DNA of 64,000 nucleotides from assembly GCF_041248615.1 (NCBI RefSeq), contig NZ_CP158426.1. The stretch is one strand, 5' to 3'. The notes under the pieces were generated by a model, which saw only the letters and a program-made list of their open reading frames with translations, was not told the origin of the DNA and ran no database searches. A program made the translations under genes and the position numbers. The DNA is from Escherichia coli (lineage in GTDB: Bacteria; Pseudomonadota; Gammaproteobacteria; Enterobacterales; Enterobacteriaceae). This document shows positions 50,345 through 60,056 of the stretch, one piece after another (position 1 is the first letter of the stretch; every line of letters starts with the position of its first letter).

Positions 50345-50604
50345 GTGAAGTGTCCCAGCCTGTTTATCTACGGCTTAAAAAGTGTTCGAGGGGAAAATAG
50401 GTTGCGCGAGATTATAGAGATCTGGCGCACTAAAAACCAGTATTTCACATGAGTCCGCGTCTTTTTACGCACTGCCTCTCCCTGACGCGGGATAAAGTGG
50501 TATTCTCAAACATATCTCGCAAGCCTGTCTTGTGTTGACAACATTTTCTGCTAACCCTGTGACCTGCAATACTGTTTTGCGGGTGATCGACAAGGAGACT
50601 TAAC

Positions 50605-52062
50605 GTGTCTGAACTGTCTCAATTATCTCCACAGCCGCTGTGGGATATTTTTGCCAAAATCTGTTCTATTCCTCACCCGTCCTATCATGAAGAGCAACTC
50701 GCTGAATACATTGTTGGTTGGGCAAAAGAGAAAGGTTTCCATGTCGAACGCGATCAGGTAGGTAATATCCTGATTCGTAAACCTGCTACCGCAGGTATGG
50801 AAAATCGTAAACCGGTCGTCTTGCAGGCCCACCTCGATATGGTGCCACAGAAAAATAACGACACCGTGCATGACTTCACTAAAGATCCTATCCAGCCTTA
50901 TATTGATGGCGAATGGGTTAAAGCGCGCGGCACCACGCTGGGTGCGGATAACGGCATTGGTATGGCGTCTGCGCTGGCGGTTCTGGCTGACGAAAACGTG
51001 GTTCACGGCCCGCTGGAAGTGCTGCTGACCATGACCGAAGAAGCCGGTATGGATGGTGCTTTTGGCTTACAGAGCAACTGGTTGCAGGCTGATATTCTGA
51101 TTAACACCGACTCCGAAGAGGAAGGTGAAATCTACATGGGTTGCGCGGGGGGTATCGACTTCACCTCCAACCTGCATTTAGATCGTGAAGCGGTTCCAGC
51201 TGGTTTTGAAACCTTCAAGTTAACCTTAAAAGGCCTGAAAGGCGGTCACTCCGGCGGTGAAATCCACGTTGGCCTGGGTAATGCCAACAAACTGCTGGTG
51301 CGCTTCCTGGCGGGTCATGCAGAAGAGCTGGACCTGCGCCTTATCGATTTCAACGGTGGCACACTGCGTAACGCCATCCCGCGTGAAGCCTTTGCGACCA
51401 TTGCTGTCGCAGCTGATAAAGTCGACGCCCTGAAATCTCTGGTGAATACCTATCAGGAGATCCTGAAAAACGAGCTGGCAGAGAAAGAGAAAAATCTGGC
51501 ATTGCTGCTGGACTCTGTTGCGAACGATAAAGCTGCCCTGATTGCGAAATCTCGCGATACCTTTATTCGTCTGCTGAACGCCACCCCGAACGGTGTGATC
51601 CGCAATTCCGATGTGGCAAAAGGTGTGGTGGAAACCTCCCTGAACGTCGGTGTGGTGACCATGACTGACAATAACGTAGAAATTCACTGCCTGATCCGTT
51701 CTCTGATCGACAGCGGTAAAGACTACGTGGTGAGCATGCTGGATTCGCTGGGTAAACTGGCTGGCGCGAAAACCGAAGCGAAAGGCGCATATCCTGGCTG
51801 GCAGCCGGACGCTAATTCTCCGGTGATGCATCTGGTACGTGAAACTTATCAGCGTCTGTTCAACAAGACGCCGAACATCCAGATTATCCACGCGGGCCTG
51901 GAATGTGGTCTGTTCAAAAAACCGTATCCGGAAATGGACATGGTTTCTATCGGGCCAACAATCACCGGTCCACACTCTCCGGATGAGCAAGTTCACATCG
52001 AAAGCGTAGGTCATTACTGGACACTGCTGACTGAGCTGCTGAAAGAAATTCCGGCGAAGTAA
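50605..52062 (+). CDS. pepD: Cytosolic non-specific dipeptidase (aminoacyl-histidine dipeptidase)
   Basis: 485-aa ORF of the M20 peptidase family. Confidence 0.95.
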   Translation: MSELSQLSPQPLWDIFAKICSIPHPSYHEEQLAEYIVGWAKEKGFHVERDQVGNILIRKPATAGMENRKPVVLQAHLDMVPQKNNDTVHDFTKDPIQPYIDGEWVKARGTTLGADNGIGMASALAVLADENVVHGPLEVLLTMTEEAGMDGAFGLQSNWLQADILINTDSEEEGEIYMGCAGGIDFTSNLHLDREAVPAGFETFKLTLKGLKGGHSGGEIHVGLGNANKLLVRFLAGHAEELDLRLIDFNGGTLRNAIPREAFATIAVAADKVDALKSLVNTYQEILKNELAEKEKNLALLLDSVANDKAALIAKSRDTFIRLLNATPNGVIRNSDVAKGVVETSLNVGVVTMTDNNVEIHCLIRSLIDSGKDYVVSMLDSLGKLAGAKTEAKGAYPGWQPDANSPVMHLVRETYQRLFNKTPNIQIIHAGLECGLFKKPYPEMDMVSIGPTITGPHSPDEQVHIESVGHYWTLLTELLKEIPAK

Positions 52063-52118
52063 TTATTTGATTTGCTGCCGGATGGCGTTTAATCGCCTTC
52101 CGGCAGTTTCATCCTTCA

Positions 52119-52673
52119 TTATCCTTCGATAAAAGCCATCCCTGTAAATGTCCGTCTCGGGTTGCCACGTTCAATCTGGTGATGGAACATTCGCCGCCGC
52201 GATTTCAGCACCGCGCTATTTTCCTGTTGCTGTTGTTCCAGCGTCCAGGCAATCAGCAATCGCGCCAGCCGCTTGTTAGCATGCCCAGAAACAAGTTTTT
52301 GCGCCCATGATGAGGCCGATACGGACTCGGACAAATCCACTGAATAGTGCCGCACCAACTTTCGCTTAATGCCCATGCGTTATCGCCATCCAGAGAAATC
52401 AGCGCCGAACGCAGCGTGTCAGAGTAGCGGCCCGTTTCTGTTTCCAGCACCGTTACCGCGACGTCTTGCCGGGTAAAAACGACCAACAGAGAATAACGCT
52501 GCGCCAATCGGGTAGCCGCGTCCGGGGTGTAAATCTGGCATCCCTACTACGCGCTGCATGTTGGGTAAATTTGCCGTGGTGTGTAATTGTTGAATCGCTA
52601 AACTCTCGATCCACAGGTCATCAGATGCGATGGTAAATACCGCATCGGATAAGGGACGAATATATTTGCCCAT
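52119..52673 (-). pseudogene. prfH: Decayed RtcB-like ligase / release-factor-H (prfH) module: an RtcB N-terminal stub followed by frame-disrupted prfH pieces
   Basis: ORF 52419..52673 begins like RtcB (MGKYIRPLSDAVF...[10 protein letters not shown]) then breaks off; ORFs 52253..52507 and 52119..52376 carry release-factor-like segments in two different frames. Confidence 0.6.
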
Positions 52674-52917
52674 GTATCATTCCATTTATACTCGTCATAC
52701 TTCAAGTTGCATGTACTGCGACTCGAATTATTTAGAGTATATAAATATAAAAATCAGGAAATGGCAGACGAATCCAGGGCAAGAAAAAAGAATTAATCCT
52801 GGAAAGGTCTGCAAAGAGTCATTGATAAAGGATTTGTCATGATTTACCTCCTTGCAGTTTGTGGAATAAGAAAACGCGCACATACCAGGCGGGCGTTATT
52901 TTCATTGCAAGCTGGAT

Positions 52918-53370
52918 TTAATGTTGCGGTTTATATCGCATAGAAAAATTAGTAAACCACGCTCCCCTGCATTCAACGCGCTGCTGCTTAACTGTCTGAA
53001 AACCATAACGTTCAAAAAAGGGTTTTGCGGTTATGCTGGCGTCCACTGTAAGTTCGGATTCAGACTTAATCAAAGGTTTTAACAAAGCGCTGGCAACCCC
53101 ACGGCGGGTGTATTCAGGGTCAACAAATAACATATCGATATAGTGTTCAACGCAGGTAATAAAGCCGACCAGTTTTGCATTAATGACTGCAACCCGCACT
53201 TGTGATTTCGCGAGTTTCTCCTTCCAGCGAGATTCGTCAATCTGCGCCCAGGCGGCAATTTGTTGTGGTGAATAATGCTGACTGGCGGTCATCGTAACCG
53301 CTCTAATGAAAATAGCGCATAGTTGCTGAAAATCGCCAGGCTGATAATCTCTTATTTGTATGTTATTCAT
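52918..53370 (-). CDS. yafP: GNAT-family acetyltransferase of the dinB operon
   Basis: 150-aa ORF. Confidence 0.85.
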   Translation of the reverse strand: MNNIQIRDYQPGDFQQLCAIFIRAVTMTASQHYSPQQIAAWAQIDESRWKEKLAKSQVRVAVINAKLVGFITCVEHYIDMLFVDPEYTRRGVASALLKPLIKSESELTVDASITAKPFFERYGFQTVKQQRVECRGAWFTNFSMRYKPQH

Positions 53371-53379
53371 AATATAAAT

Positions 53380-53778
53380 TCAAAAACGCATGCGAAACGC
53401 TTCTGCCATTTTTCCAATTTTATGCATTTGGTTGTTATCTCGAGCCAGTTTATGAGGTTCAGGCTTCAGAATGGCAATGAGCAACCATGCTTGCTCATCA
53501 AACGCCCCCTGACAATATACCAAATGCGCTTCGTCATTCGTTCTGCTGAATTGGCGCAACTGTGGCGGAAATGGATTATTCACATTTGCCAGATGAATAT
53601 GAGCAACTCGCTCAAATTTGATTAATGGCCAGGTAAACGAGTCGTCGTAGAGTGCATCGCGACCAAATATATCTGGCAAAATACCGTCACGCTTATAGGA
53701 AATAAAATCCGCCGTTAACGCATCAAGTTCCTCTGCTGTAAGTTGCAGGCGAATAAGTTTTGTTTTGAATACCCGCAT
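53380..53778 (-). CDS. yafO: Ribosome-dependent mRNA interferase toxin
   Basis: 132-aa ORF directly downstream of yafN. Confidence 0.85.
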   Translation of the reverse strand: MRVFKTKLIRLQLTAEELDALTADFISYKRDGILPDIFGRDALYDDSFTWPLIKFERVAHIHLANVNNPFPPQLRQFSRTNDEAHLVYCQGAFDEQAWLLIAILKPEPHKLARDNNQMHKIGKMAEAFRMRF

Positions 53779-53780
53779 CC

Positions 53781-54074
53781 TTATTCCTTAAAGTCATTGA
53801 AATCATCATCCGTCATATCATTAAGATATTGTTCAGCGCGGCGTGTAATTTCCTCTAATCTTGCAGCACTCGGACGGAAGCGCGCCTTTATGGGCTTTTT
53901 CTCCTCTTGTTCAGCAAGCATGTCCATTAACGCTTCGAATGCGCTGGCACTTAAGAGATATCCTGCGGGGCGATTATTAGAAAGAACCGCAACCGGTTGA
54001 TCAATAAAGTATTTAGCTGGGTTTTTACGTAACTCAGTGATATTGACCGATTTTTCAGCGAGAATTCGATGCAT
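53781..54074 (-). CDS. yafN: Antitoxin of the YafN-YafO pair (Phd/YefM-like)
   Basis: 97-aa ORF. Confidence 0.85.
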   Translation of the reverse strand: MHRILAEKSVNITELRKNPAKYFIDQPVAVLSNNRPAGYLLSASAFEALMDMLAEQEEKKPIKARFRPSAARLEEITRRAEQYLNDMTDDDFNDFKE

Positions 54075-54125
54075 ACAGTGATCCCCTCATAATAATGCAC
54101 ACCAGAATAGACATAATAGTATACA

Positions 54126-55181
54126 TCATAATCCCAGCACCAGTTGTCTTTCCATTTGAGGGTCAAGCAACGTCACATGCAGCCCCACCAGTCGCACACC
54201 GCGCCCGCCGCGGCGTTCATCCCAGGTTTTACGCGCGGTGGCGATTAGATCAGCTTTATTCAGCCGCGGCCAGACGTGCTCCTGAGTAGTTTGCTGAAAA
54301 TCGTCGAACTTTAATTTCACCCCCTGGCGAGCAATCAGTAAATCAGGTTTTACTTTTGCCAGACGACGTTCAAGTTCCGGATACAGCCGCTCGATAATCG
54401 CTTCACATTCAGACCAGTGATGAATATCTTCCGCCATCGTGCGTTCCACGCCGACAGATTTTCGCAACCGTTCGCTGTTAACGTCGCGCTCGTCAATCCC
54501 CTGACTACGCTCCCACAAAATGCGGCCAAATTTGCCAAAACGTTTGAGCAGAGTCACCAGATCACACTTTTGCACATCACCGCAGGTCCGCAGCCCCATC
54601 GCTTCCAGTTTTGCCGCCGAGACTTTGCCGACGCCGGGGATTTTTGCCAGCGGTAAGGTTTGTAAAAATGTCGGAACTTCTGCCGGCGTAATCACAAACT
54701 GGCCGTTGGGTTTATTCATGTCGGAGGCGATTTTGGCGAGAAACTTTACTGGTGCCACGCCCGCAGACGCCGTCAGTTGCAGCTCGTTGAAGATTGTCTG
54801 GCGGATTTCCTGGGCGATGAGGGTCGCAGAACCGTGGCAATGGACGCTATCAGTGACATCGAGATAGGCTTCATCCAGTGACAACGGTTCAATACGCGAG
54901 GTGTAGCGCGAGAAGATTTCACGGATATGATTTGAGGCTTCTTTGTAGGCGTCAAAGCGCCCCGGAAGCAAGGTGAGATGTGGGCATAATTTGAGCGCCA
55001 TCCCTGTCGGCATAGCGCTACGTACGCCAAATTTACGCGCGGGATAATTGGCGGTGCTGATCACCCCCCGACGTTCGCGGCTGCCGCCAATAGCAATAGG
55101 GATATCGCGCAGGGCGGGATTGTCGCGCATCTCCACTGCGGCGAAAAAGCAGTCCATATCCACATGAATGATTTTACGCAT
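54126..55181 (-). CDS. dinB: DNA polymerase IV (Y-family translesion polymerase)
   Basis: 351-aa ORF starting [17 protein letters not shown]. Confidence 0.95.
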   Translation of the reverse strand: MRKIIHVDMDCFFAAVEMRDNPALRDIPIAIGGSRERRGVISTANYPARKFGVRSAMPTGMALKLCPHLTLLPGRFDAYKEASNHIREIFSRYTSRIEPLSLDEAYLDVTDSVHCHGSATLIAQEIRQTIFNELQLTASAGVAPVKFLAKIASDMNKPNGQFVITPAEVPTFLQTLPLAKIPGVGKVSAAKLEAMGLRTCGDVQKCDLVTLLKRFGKFGRILWERSQGIDERDVNSERLRKSVGVERTMAEDIHHWSECEAIIERLYPELERRLAKVKPDLLIARQGVKLKFDDFQQTTQEHVWPRLNKADLIATARKTWDERRGGRGVRLVGLHVTLLDPQMERQLVLGL

Positions 55182-55197
55182 TGCTCACCTCTCAACA

Positions 55198-55213
55198 CTG
55201 GTAAAGTATACAG
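55198..55213. promoter_or_regulatory. LexA box (CTG-N10-CAG: ctggtaaagtatacag) in the dinB promoter
   Basis: Palindromic SOS-box-like sequence about 17-32 bp upstream of the dinB start codon. Confidence 0.75.
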
Positions 55214-55251
55214 TGATTTCAGGGTTTGAGAAATGCGTAAAGATTCAGCAT

Positions 55252-56175
55252 CTAGCGCGTTCGCTGCGAAAGCACCTGCTGCTTATCCAGCTTTTGCACC
55301 AGCGGCTGCACCACTTTATCCCCATGCTGACCAAAGTATTGATACAGCGTATCGGACGCACTTTTGGTCAGCACCATAATCTCAATGCGTCGGTTGCCCG
55401 CGCTTTGCGGATTTTTGGCATCCAGCAGCATCTGGTCCGCCATTGCGCTTACCTGCATCACTTTATCTTCCGGCATTCCAGCCTCTTCCAGCACCCGACG
55501 GGCCGAAAGCGCGCGATCGCCCGAAAGGTTCCAGTTGTTGTAGATATTGTTTTTGTAGGCCATCGCATCGGTATGCCCGGTGATGATGATCTTATTGTCG
55601 AGCGAATCAAAAACCGGCGCTAACTCCACCAGCAAAGTTTTAAAGAACGGCATAATCTGCGCGCTGCCGCGTTCAAACATATTGCGGTTCTGGTCATCTT
55701 TAATCAGCACGCGCAGTCCCTGGGGAACAATCTCCATCTCCAGATTCGCTTCCATATGCGCATCACGGGCGATGGTGTTGATACTGGTTGCCAGCTCACC
55801 AAGCTCAGTAGCGGATTTCTTCTTCAGCAGCGCCGTTTTCTCATTGACGTCACGCGCTTTTTTCTCCGTCTCTTCCGGCACCGCCACGGTGGCAGGTTTT
55901 GGCGGATGAGACGGGCTGATTTTATTTAACGGCGACAACCCGCCGCCATTGAAAATCGACTGCCCGTGCAGCGCGGCGATAATGCTTTCACGCTCGGATT
56001 TACTGACGCTGTTGACAATCCACAGCGTCATAAACAGCGCCATCATTGCCAAAGTAAAGTCGGCGAACGCCACCTTCCACGCCCCGCCGTGGTGCCCGGC
56101 ATGATTCTTTTTGATCTGCCGCCGGACGATGGTGGTTTTTGCCCCACGCTCGCGGCGGTTGCCCGTCTTTCTCAT
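55252..56175 (-). CDS. lafU: Flag-2 lateral-flagellar stator protein, MotB-like
   Basis: ORF 55252..56208 trimmed to MRKTGNRRERG...; the start overlaps the lafT stop; MotB-like N-terminal helix and C-terminal OmpA-like domain. Confidence 0.8.
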   Translation of the reverse strand: MRKTGNRRERGAKTTIVRRQIKKNHAGHHGGAWKVAFADFTLAMMALFMTLWIVNSVSKSERESIIAALHGQSIFNGGGLSPLNKISPSHPPKPATVAVPEETEKKARDVNEKTALLKKKSATELGELATSINTIARDAHMEANLEMEIVPQGLRVLIKDDQNRNMFERGSAQIMPFFKTLLVELAPVFDSLDNKIIITGHTDAMAYKNNIYNNWNLSGDRALSARRVLEEAGMPEDKVMQVSAMADQMLLDAKNPQSAGNRRIEIMVLTKSASDTLYQYFGQHGDKVVQPLVQKLDKQQVLSQRTR

Positions 56176-56177
56176 GC

Positions 56178-57041
56178 TTATTCTTGCTCCAGCATCGCAT
56201 TCACCCACGCGTCGAGGTTGGCGAAGGTCGGTTTGGACGCCAGATGCAGCAGCTTACGCCCGGCGTCCACTGCCAGCAGCGTCGGTTTGCCGCCTGCCTG
56301 CGCCACCAGCACGGTGCGCACGCATTCCAGCAAAGAATGTTCTGCCCGCGCCTGTTGTTCCATGGCGTTGGCGAGCGGGTCCATCAGGCAGTAGCAGATA
56401 AAGACGCCTAAAAACGTCCCCACCAGCGCTGCCGCCACTTTCAGGCCAATCAGTGCGATAGAGCCGTCAATCGACTGCATGGTGATGATGATGCCCAACA
56501 CCGCCGCACAAATGCCAAACCCCGGCATCGCTTCGGCGGTACGTTGCAGCGAGCGCGACGGCGTTAGCAGCGACTCTTCCGCGGTGTCCAGTTCCTGATC
56601 GAGAATGCCTTCCAGTTCATGGGCGTCGATTTTACCCATCGCCATCAGGCGAAAGTTATCGGCAATAAAGGTCACCAGCCGCTTCTGGGTTAACACCAGC
56701 GGGTATTTCTGGAAAATGGTGCTCTCTTCCGGTTGCTCGATATGCTGATCCAGCATGCGCAGGCCGCCGTTTTGCACCATTTCGAGCAACTCATACAGGC
56801 ACATTAATAGCTGACGCTGAAACTCCGGCCCGAGCTGTTTTTTACTGATCACGCCTTTAATTTGATGAGCAATCTCTTTCAGCACATGTTTCGGATTACC
56901 AATAATCATCGCCCCGAAGCCCGCGCCTAAAATAATGATCATTTCCGCCGGTTGCCAGATAGCCACTAATTGCCCGCCCGCTTCAAAATAACCGCCAAAT
57001 ACGCAGCCGAGCACCACCAGTAAACCTAATATTTTTTGCAT
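56178..57041 (-). CDS. lafT: Flag-2 stator protein, MotA-like
   Basis: 287-aa four-helix membrane ORF. Confidence 0.8.
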   Translation of the reverse strand: MQKILGLLVVLGCVFGGYFEAGGQLVAIWQPAEMIIILGAGFGAMIIGNPKHVLKEIAHQIKGVISKKQLGPEFQRQLLMCLYELLEMVQNGGLRMLDQHIEQPEESTIFQKYPLVLTQKRLVTFIADNFRLMAMGKIDAHELEGILDQELDTAEESLLTPSRSLQRTAEAMPGFGICAAVLGIIITMQSIDGSIALIGLKVAAALVGTFLGVFICYCLMDPLANAMEQQARAEHSLLECVRTVLVAQAGGKPTLLAVDAGRKLLHLASKPTFANLDAWVNAMLEQE

Positions 57042-57053
57042 GATTTCTTCACT

Positions 57054-57773
57054 TTAATTCGGATAGACAAAATCACGAATTTTCTGCGCGATCTGTTTAT
57101 TCAGTTGACAAATACGGGCTTCGGTTAGCCCTAATACCAGCGCAATCTCTTTGAGATTCATCTCATGCTGGTAATACATGGAGAGGATCAGTTGCTCTTT
57201 TTCGCTTAATAGTGAAAGTGCGTGTTGCAGCATTTGCTGGGTGACAAACTGATCTTCCAGTTCCCTGCCAGCAAGTGGAATGCCTTGCCCTTCGCCGTTC
57301 AGCAGTTCGTCAAGGCTGGCGAGCGTTTCCGCCCCTTCCAGTTGCTGATATTCGAGATAATCTTCATGCGAGATCCCTTCCACGGCCAGTTCTGACCACT
57401 CAGGCTCGTGCCCCAGTTTTTTACGCGTTTCGCGAATCAGGTCTTTCATCTGATGATATTTCTGTCGCAGCTGGCGCGGTCGCCAGTCGAGAGCGCGCAG
57501 CTCATCCAGGATCGCGCCGCGAATACGGTGCACGGCATAGCCCGCAAAACCTTCGTCCGGCAGTCCGTAGCGGCGAATGGCATTAAGCAGCCCCATTAAC
57601 GCCGTTTGTTCCATATCCTGACGATCAATAATGCAATTACACTGCGGGGCAAGTTGCCGCACAACTTTACGCACCAGTGGTAAATAGGCCTGCAAGTAGT
57701 GGCTCTCCTGCTGCGGGGTTAATACCGGCGCGGCAGCAAATTCTTCTGACTCGAATAATACGTCCTGTAGCAT
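57054..57773 (-). CDS. lafS: Flag-2 flagellar sigma factor (FliA / sigma-28 family)
   Basis: 239-aa ORF with sigma-70-family regions 2 and 4. Confidence 0.8.
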   Translation of the reverse strand: MLQDVLFESEEFAAAPVLTPQQESHYLQAYLPLVRKVVRQLAPQCNCIIDRQDMEQTALMGLLNAIRRYGLPDEGFAGYAVHRIRGAILDELRALDWRPRQLRQKYHQMKDLIRETRKKLGHEPEWSELAVEGISHEDYLEYQQLEGAETLASLDELLNGEGQGIPLAGRELEDQFVTQQMLQHALSLLSEKEQLILSMYYQHEMNLKEIALVLGLTEARICQLNKQIAQKIRDFVYPN

Positions 57774-57792
57774 GTTTATATCCGCCTGGTGA

Positions 57793-58260
57793 TTACTGGA
57801 AGACCACTTTTTTCACCAGCAAATCCTTATATGGTGCGCTCATTTTGCGACGTTGAAGGTCTTTCTTTAACGCATCCGAAATCAGTTTGCGGATGGCAGA
57901 TATTTTCATGCCGCGCAAATCTTCAAATTTCATTTCCGTCAGGCATTCAACCGCAATACTTTGATACAGCGGCTCCTGATGTTTTATTTTTTCCGCTTCT
58001 TTGTCACTGGCGACCACCATCACTAATTCCGCCGACAAATAATGGTCCGCGCCGTTGTTGTCATGCAGCGTGACAATGGTTTCCGGCAACGTCACAAATA
58101 CGCTTTTGCTTTCATCCAGGGTTTCCACCGTTTCCGTCTGCGCGGCGGCAGTCGGTTTTCCTTTTCCGGCATAATGATGCCAGACACCCCATCCAGCTCC
58201 GGCCCCCACCACCAACGCCAGAACGGCGCTGACCACGCCCGCCACCACGATTTTCTTCAT
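57793..58260 (-). CDS. lafF: Flag-2 FliL-like basal-body-associated protein
   Basis: 155-aa ORF with a single N-terminal transmembrane helix. Confidence 0.7.
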   Translation of the reverse strand: MKKIVVAGVVSAVLALVVGAGAGWGVWHHYAGKGKPTAAAQTETVETLDESKSVFVTLPETIVTLHDNNGADHYLSAELVMVVASDKEAEKIKHQEPLYQSIAVECLTEMKFEDLRGMKISAIRKLISDALKKDLQRRKMSAPYKDLLVKKVVFQ

Positions 58261-58267
58261 ATTGCCT

Positions 58268-59329
58268 TTACACTTTGATCAAAACGGATTCGTTCTGTTG
58301 AAATTGAGGCGCATCATCAAGCTGTAAGGCGGCACTCACCTCTTCCTGCTGATGGCCCGACTGTTGTTGTTGCTGCGACTGCCCTTCGGAGGAAACCTGT
58401 ACGTTCACCTCCATAAAATTTTGCGCCGTCAGATGCTGGCGGAGATCGTCGCTAAACTGTTGTAACGCGCGGCAAACTTCACTTTGGTTCGCGCCGATGT
58501 GCACCATCAGTTTGCCGTTATCGAGTTGTACGACGATCTCGAGCTTGCCAAGCGACGGTGGATCGAGACGGATGGTGGAGATCTGCTGTTGTTTGTTGAG
58601 CTGAAAGTGGATCTGATCTTTCAACAGCGTCGTCAGTTTTTCGCCCAGTTCGTCCATTGAAAGCGTGGCTGGTTTGGCGACAATCTCCTGATGCTGGCTG
58701 ACCAGCTCCGGCGTCTTAACCTGCAACACCGCACGCGCAATAACCGGTTCGCTGTCCGGCACTTTTTCCGTTTTACGCTCGACCTGTGGGCGCGCGGTCA
58801 CACGGGTTAGTTCAGGTTTCGGGCGAGCGGGCTGTGTTGAGACGCGCGGCTGCGTCGGCGCAATGGCATGTAAATCTTCACTGGCGTAAGTCGCCAGCCT
58901 GGCCTGCTGTTCGGGTTTCGCCTGCGGCAACTGACCGATCAGCTCCTGCAACTGCGGCGGCAACGGCGTGAGTTCCTGCTGTTGCGTCGGGCGTTGCGGC
59001 GCTTTTTGCACCACCGCTTTCGTCACTTGCTGGATAACCGGCGATGTTGCGACGTTTCGCGGCTGCGGCGTGTCCTGATGCGGCGCGGTAGGTTGCGGAA
59101 GTAACAGCGCCATTAGCGCCTGCATCGCCACCGGATCGTTCTCCTGCGGGCGCGTCGCCTGTTGCTGACTGGTTTTAGCGCTATGAACGCGCTCCGCCAC
59201 CGCCGCGACCGCCATTTTCGGCAGGGTAAACGCGGGCGCGTTTTCACCGCTCACCGGCGGTAAAATACCCGTTTTCAGCGACGCCGTTTCCACAAGCGTT
59301 CCGAGCGTGGCAAGCAATGCCGGATTCAT
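58268..59329 (-). CDS. lafE: Flag-2 hook-length control protein (FliK-like)
   Basis: 353-aa Pro/Gln-rich ORF. Confidence 0.7.
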   Translation of the reverse strand: MNPALLATLGTLVETASLKTGILPPVSGENAPAFTLPKMAVAAVAERVHSAKTSQQQATRPQENDPVAMQALMALLLPQPTAPHQDTPQPRNVATSPVIQQVTKAVVQKAPQRPTQQQELTPLPPQLQELIGQLPQAKPEQQARLATYASEDLHAIAPTQPRVSTQPARPKPELTRVTARPQVERKTEKVPDSEPVIARAVLQVKTPELVSQHQEIVAKPATLSMDELGEKLTTLLKDQIHFQLNKQQQISTIRLDPPSLGKLEIVVQLDNGKLMVHIGANQSEVCRALQQFSDDLRQHLTAQNFMEVNVQVSSEGQSQQQQQSGHQQEEVSAALQLDDAPQFQQNESVLIKV

Positions 59330-59637
59330 GACTTCTCCGAAAGTAAATTAACAATTGAGTAGGCCAGTACGCCTTCCTGATGCCGCTGATGCTGTTCCAT
59401 ACGCGCCTTCAACACTTCTGCACGCTGCTCGCGCCGTTTAATCAGGGCATTAAACGCGCCGTACAGCTGCGCCTTCACCGCACACAACTGCGCCGCGTCG
59501 GTTTCCGCCGCCACGTAATCGTGAAACTGGCGCATCAACTGCTGATGCAGTGCCGGAAGCCGTCGCCAGCGTTGCTTGTCGAGGGCTTCGTTCATCGCCT
59601 CAACCAGTGCGAAAAGTTGCCTGCGTTGTTTTTCCAT
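59326..59637 (-). CDS. lafD: Flag-2 FliT-like export chaperone
   Basis: 103-aa helical ORF located between the FliS-like and FliK-like genes. Confidence 0.6.
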   Translation of the reverse strand: MEKQRRQLFALVEAMNEALDKQRWRRLPALHQQLMRQFHDYVAAETDAAQLCAVKAQLYGAFNALIKRREQRAEVLKARMEQHQRHQEGVLAYSIVNLLSEKS

Positions 59638-59641
59638 CGTC

Positions 59642-60034
59642 TTAACCCAGCTTGCCCGAAAGCCCTTCCCAGCCTTCGCGCAGGTTACTTAAGATCAGCA
59701 TCACTTCATCGATTTTCTCTGCCGACAGTTCGCCGCTGGCTTCATACAATCGGTAAACGCAGTGGTCATAGAGGCGCGAAAGGTTGACCACCAGCTCGCC
59801 GCCGGTTTCAAACTCCAGCGAACTGGTGAGCGCATTGAGAATGTCGATGCATTTATTGATGCTCTGGGCTTTCTTCTCGAAACGCCGCCCTTCAATATGG
59901 CTTTTGGCGCGTTCCAGCTCGTCCATCAGGCCAGAAAACAGCACCAGCACCAGTTCCAGAGGCGATGCCGCCGCGGTACGCGCCGCGAGATCGATCTCTT
60001 TATATTGCGAATAGCCGTCCTGTACATGGTACAT
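59642..60034 (-). CDS. lafC: Flag-2 flagellin-specific chaperone (FliS-like)
   Basis: 130-aa ORF. Confidence 0.8.
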   Translation of the reverse strand: MYHVQDGYSQYKEIDLAARTAAASPLELVLVLFSGLMDELERAKSHIEGRRFEKKAQSINKCIDILNALTSSLEFETGGELVVNLSRLYDHCVYRLYEASGELSAEKIDEVMLILSNLREGWEGLSGKLG

Positions 60035-60056
60035 CTTTAGGGATATTCCTTCTGAG

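Noticed and set aside
51226-52014. 262-aa minus-strand ORF antisense to pepD
   Set aside because: Lies entirely within pepD on the opposite strand; low-complexity, His/Gln/Arg-rich; pepD is the real gene.
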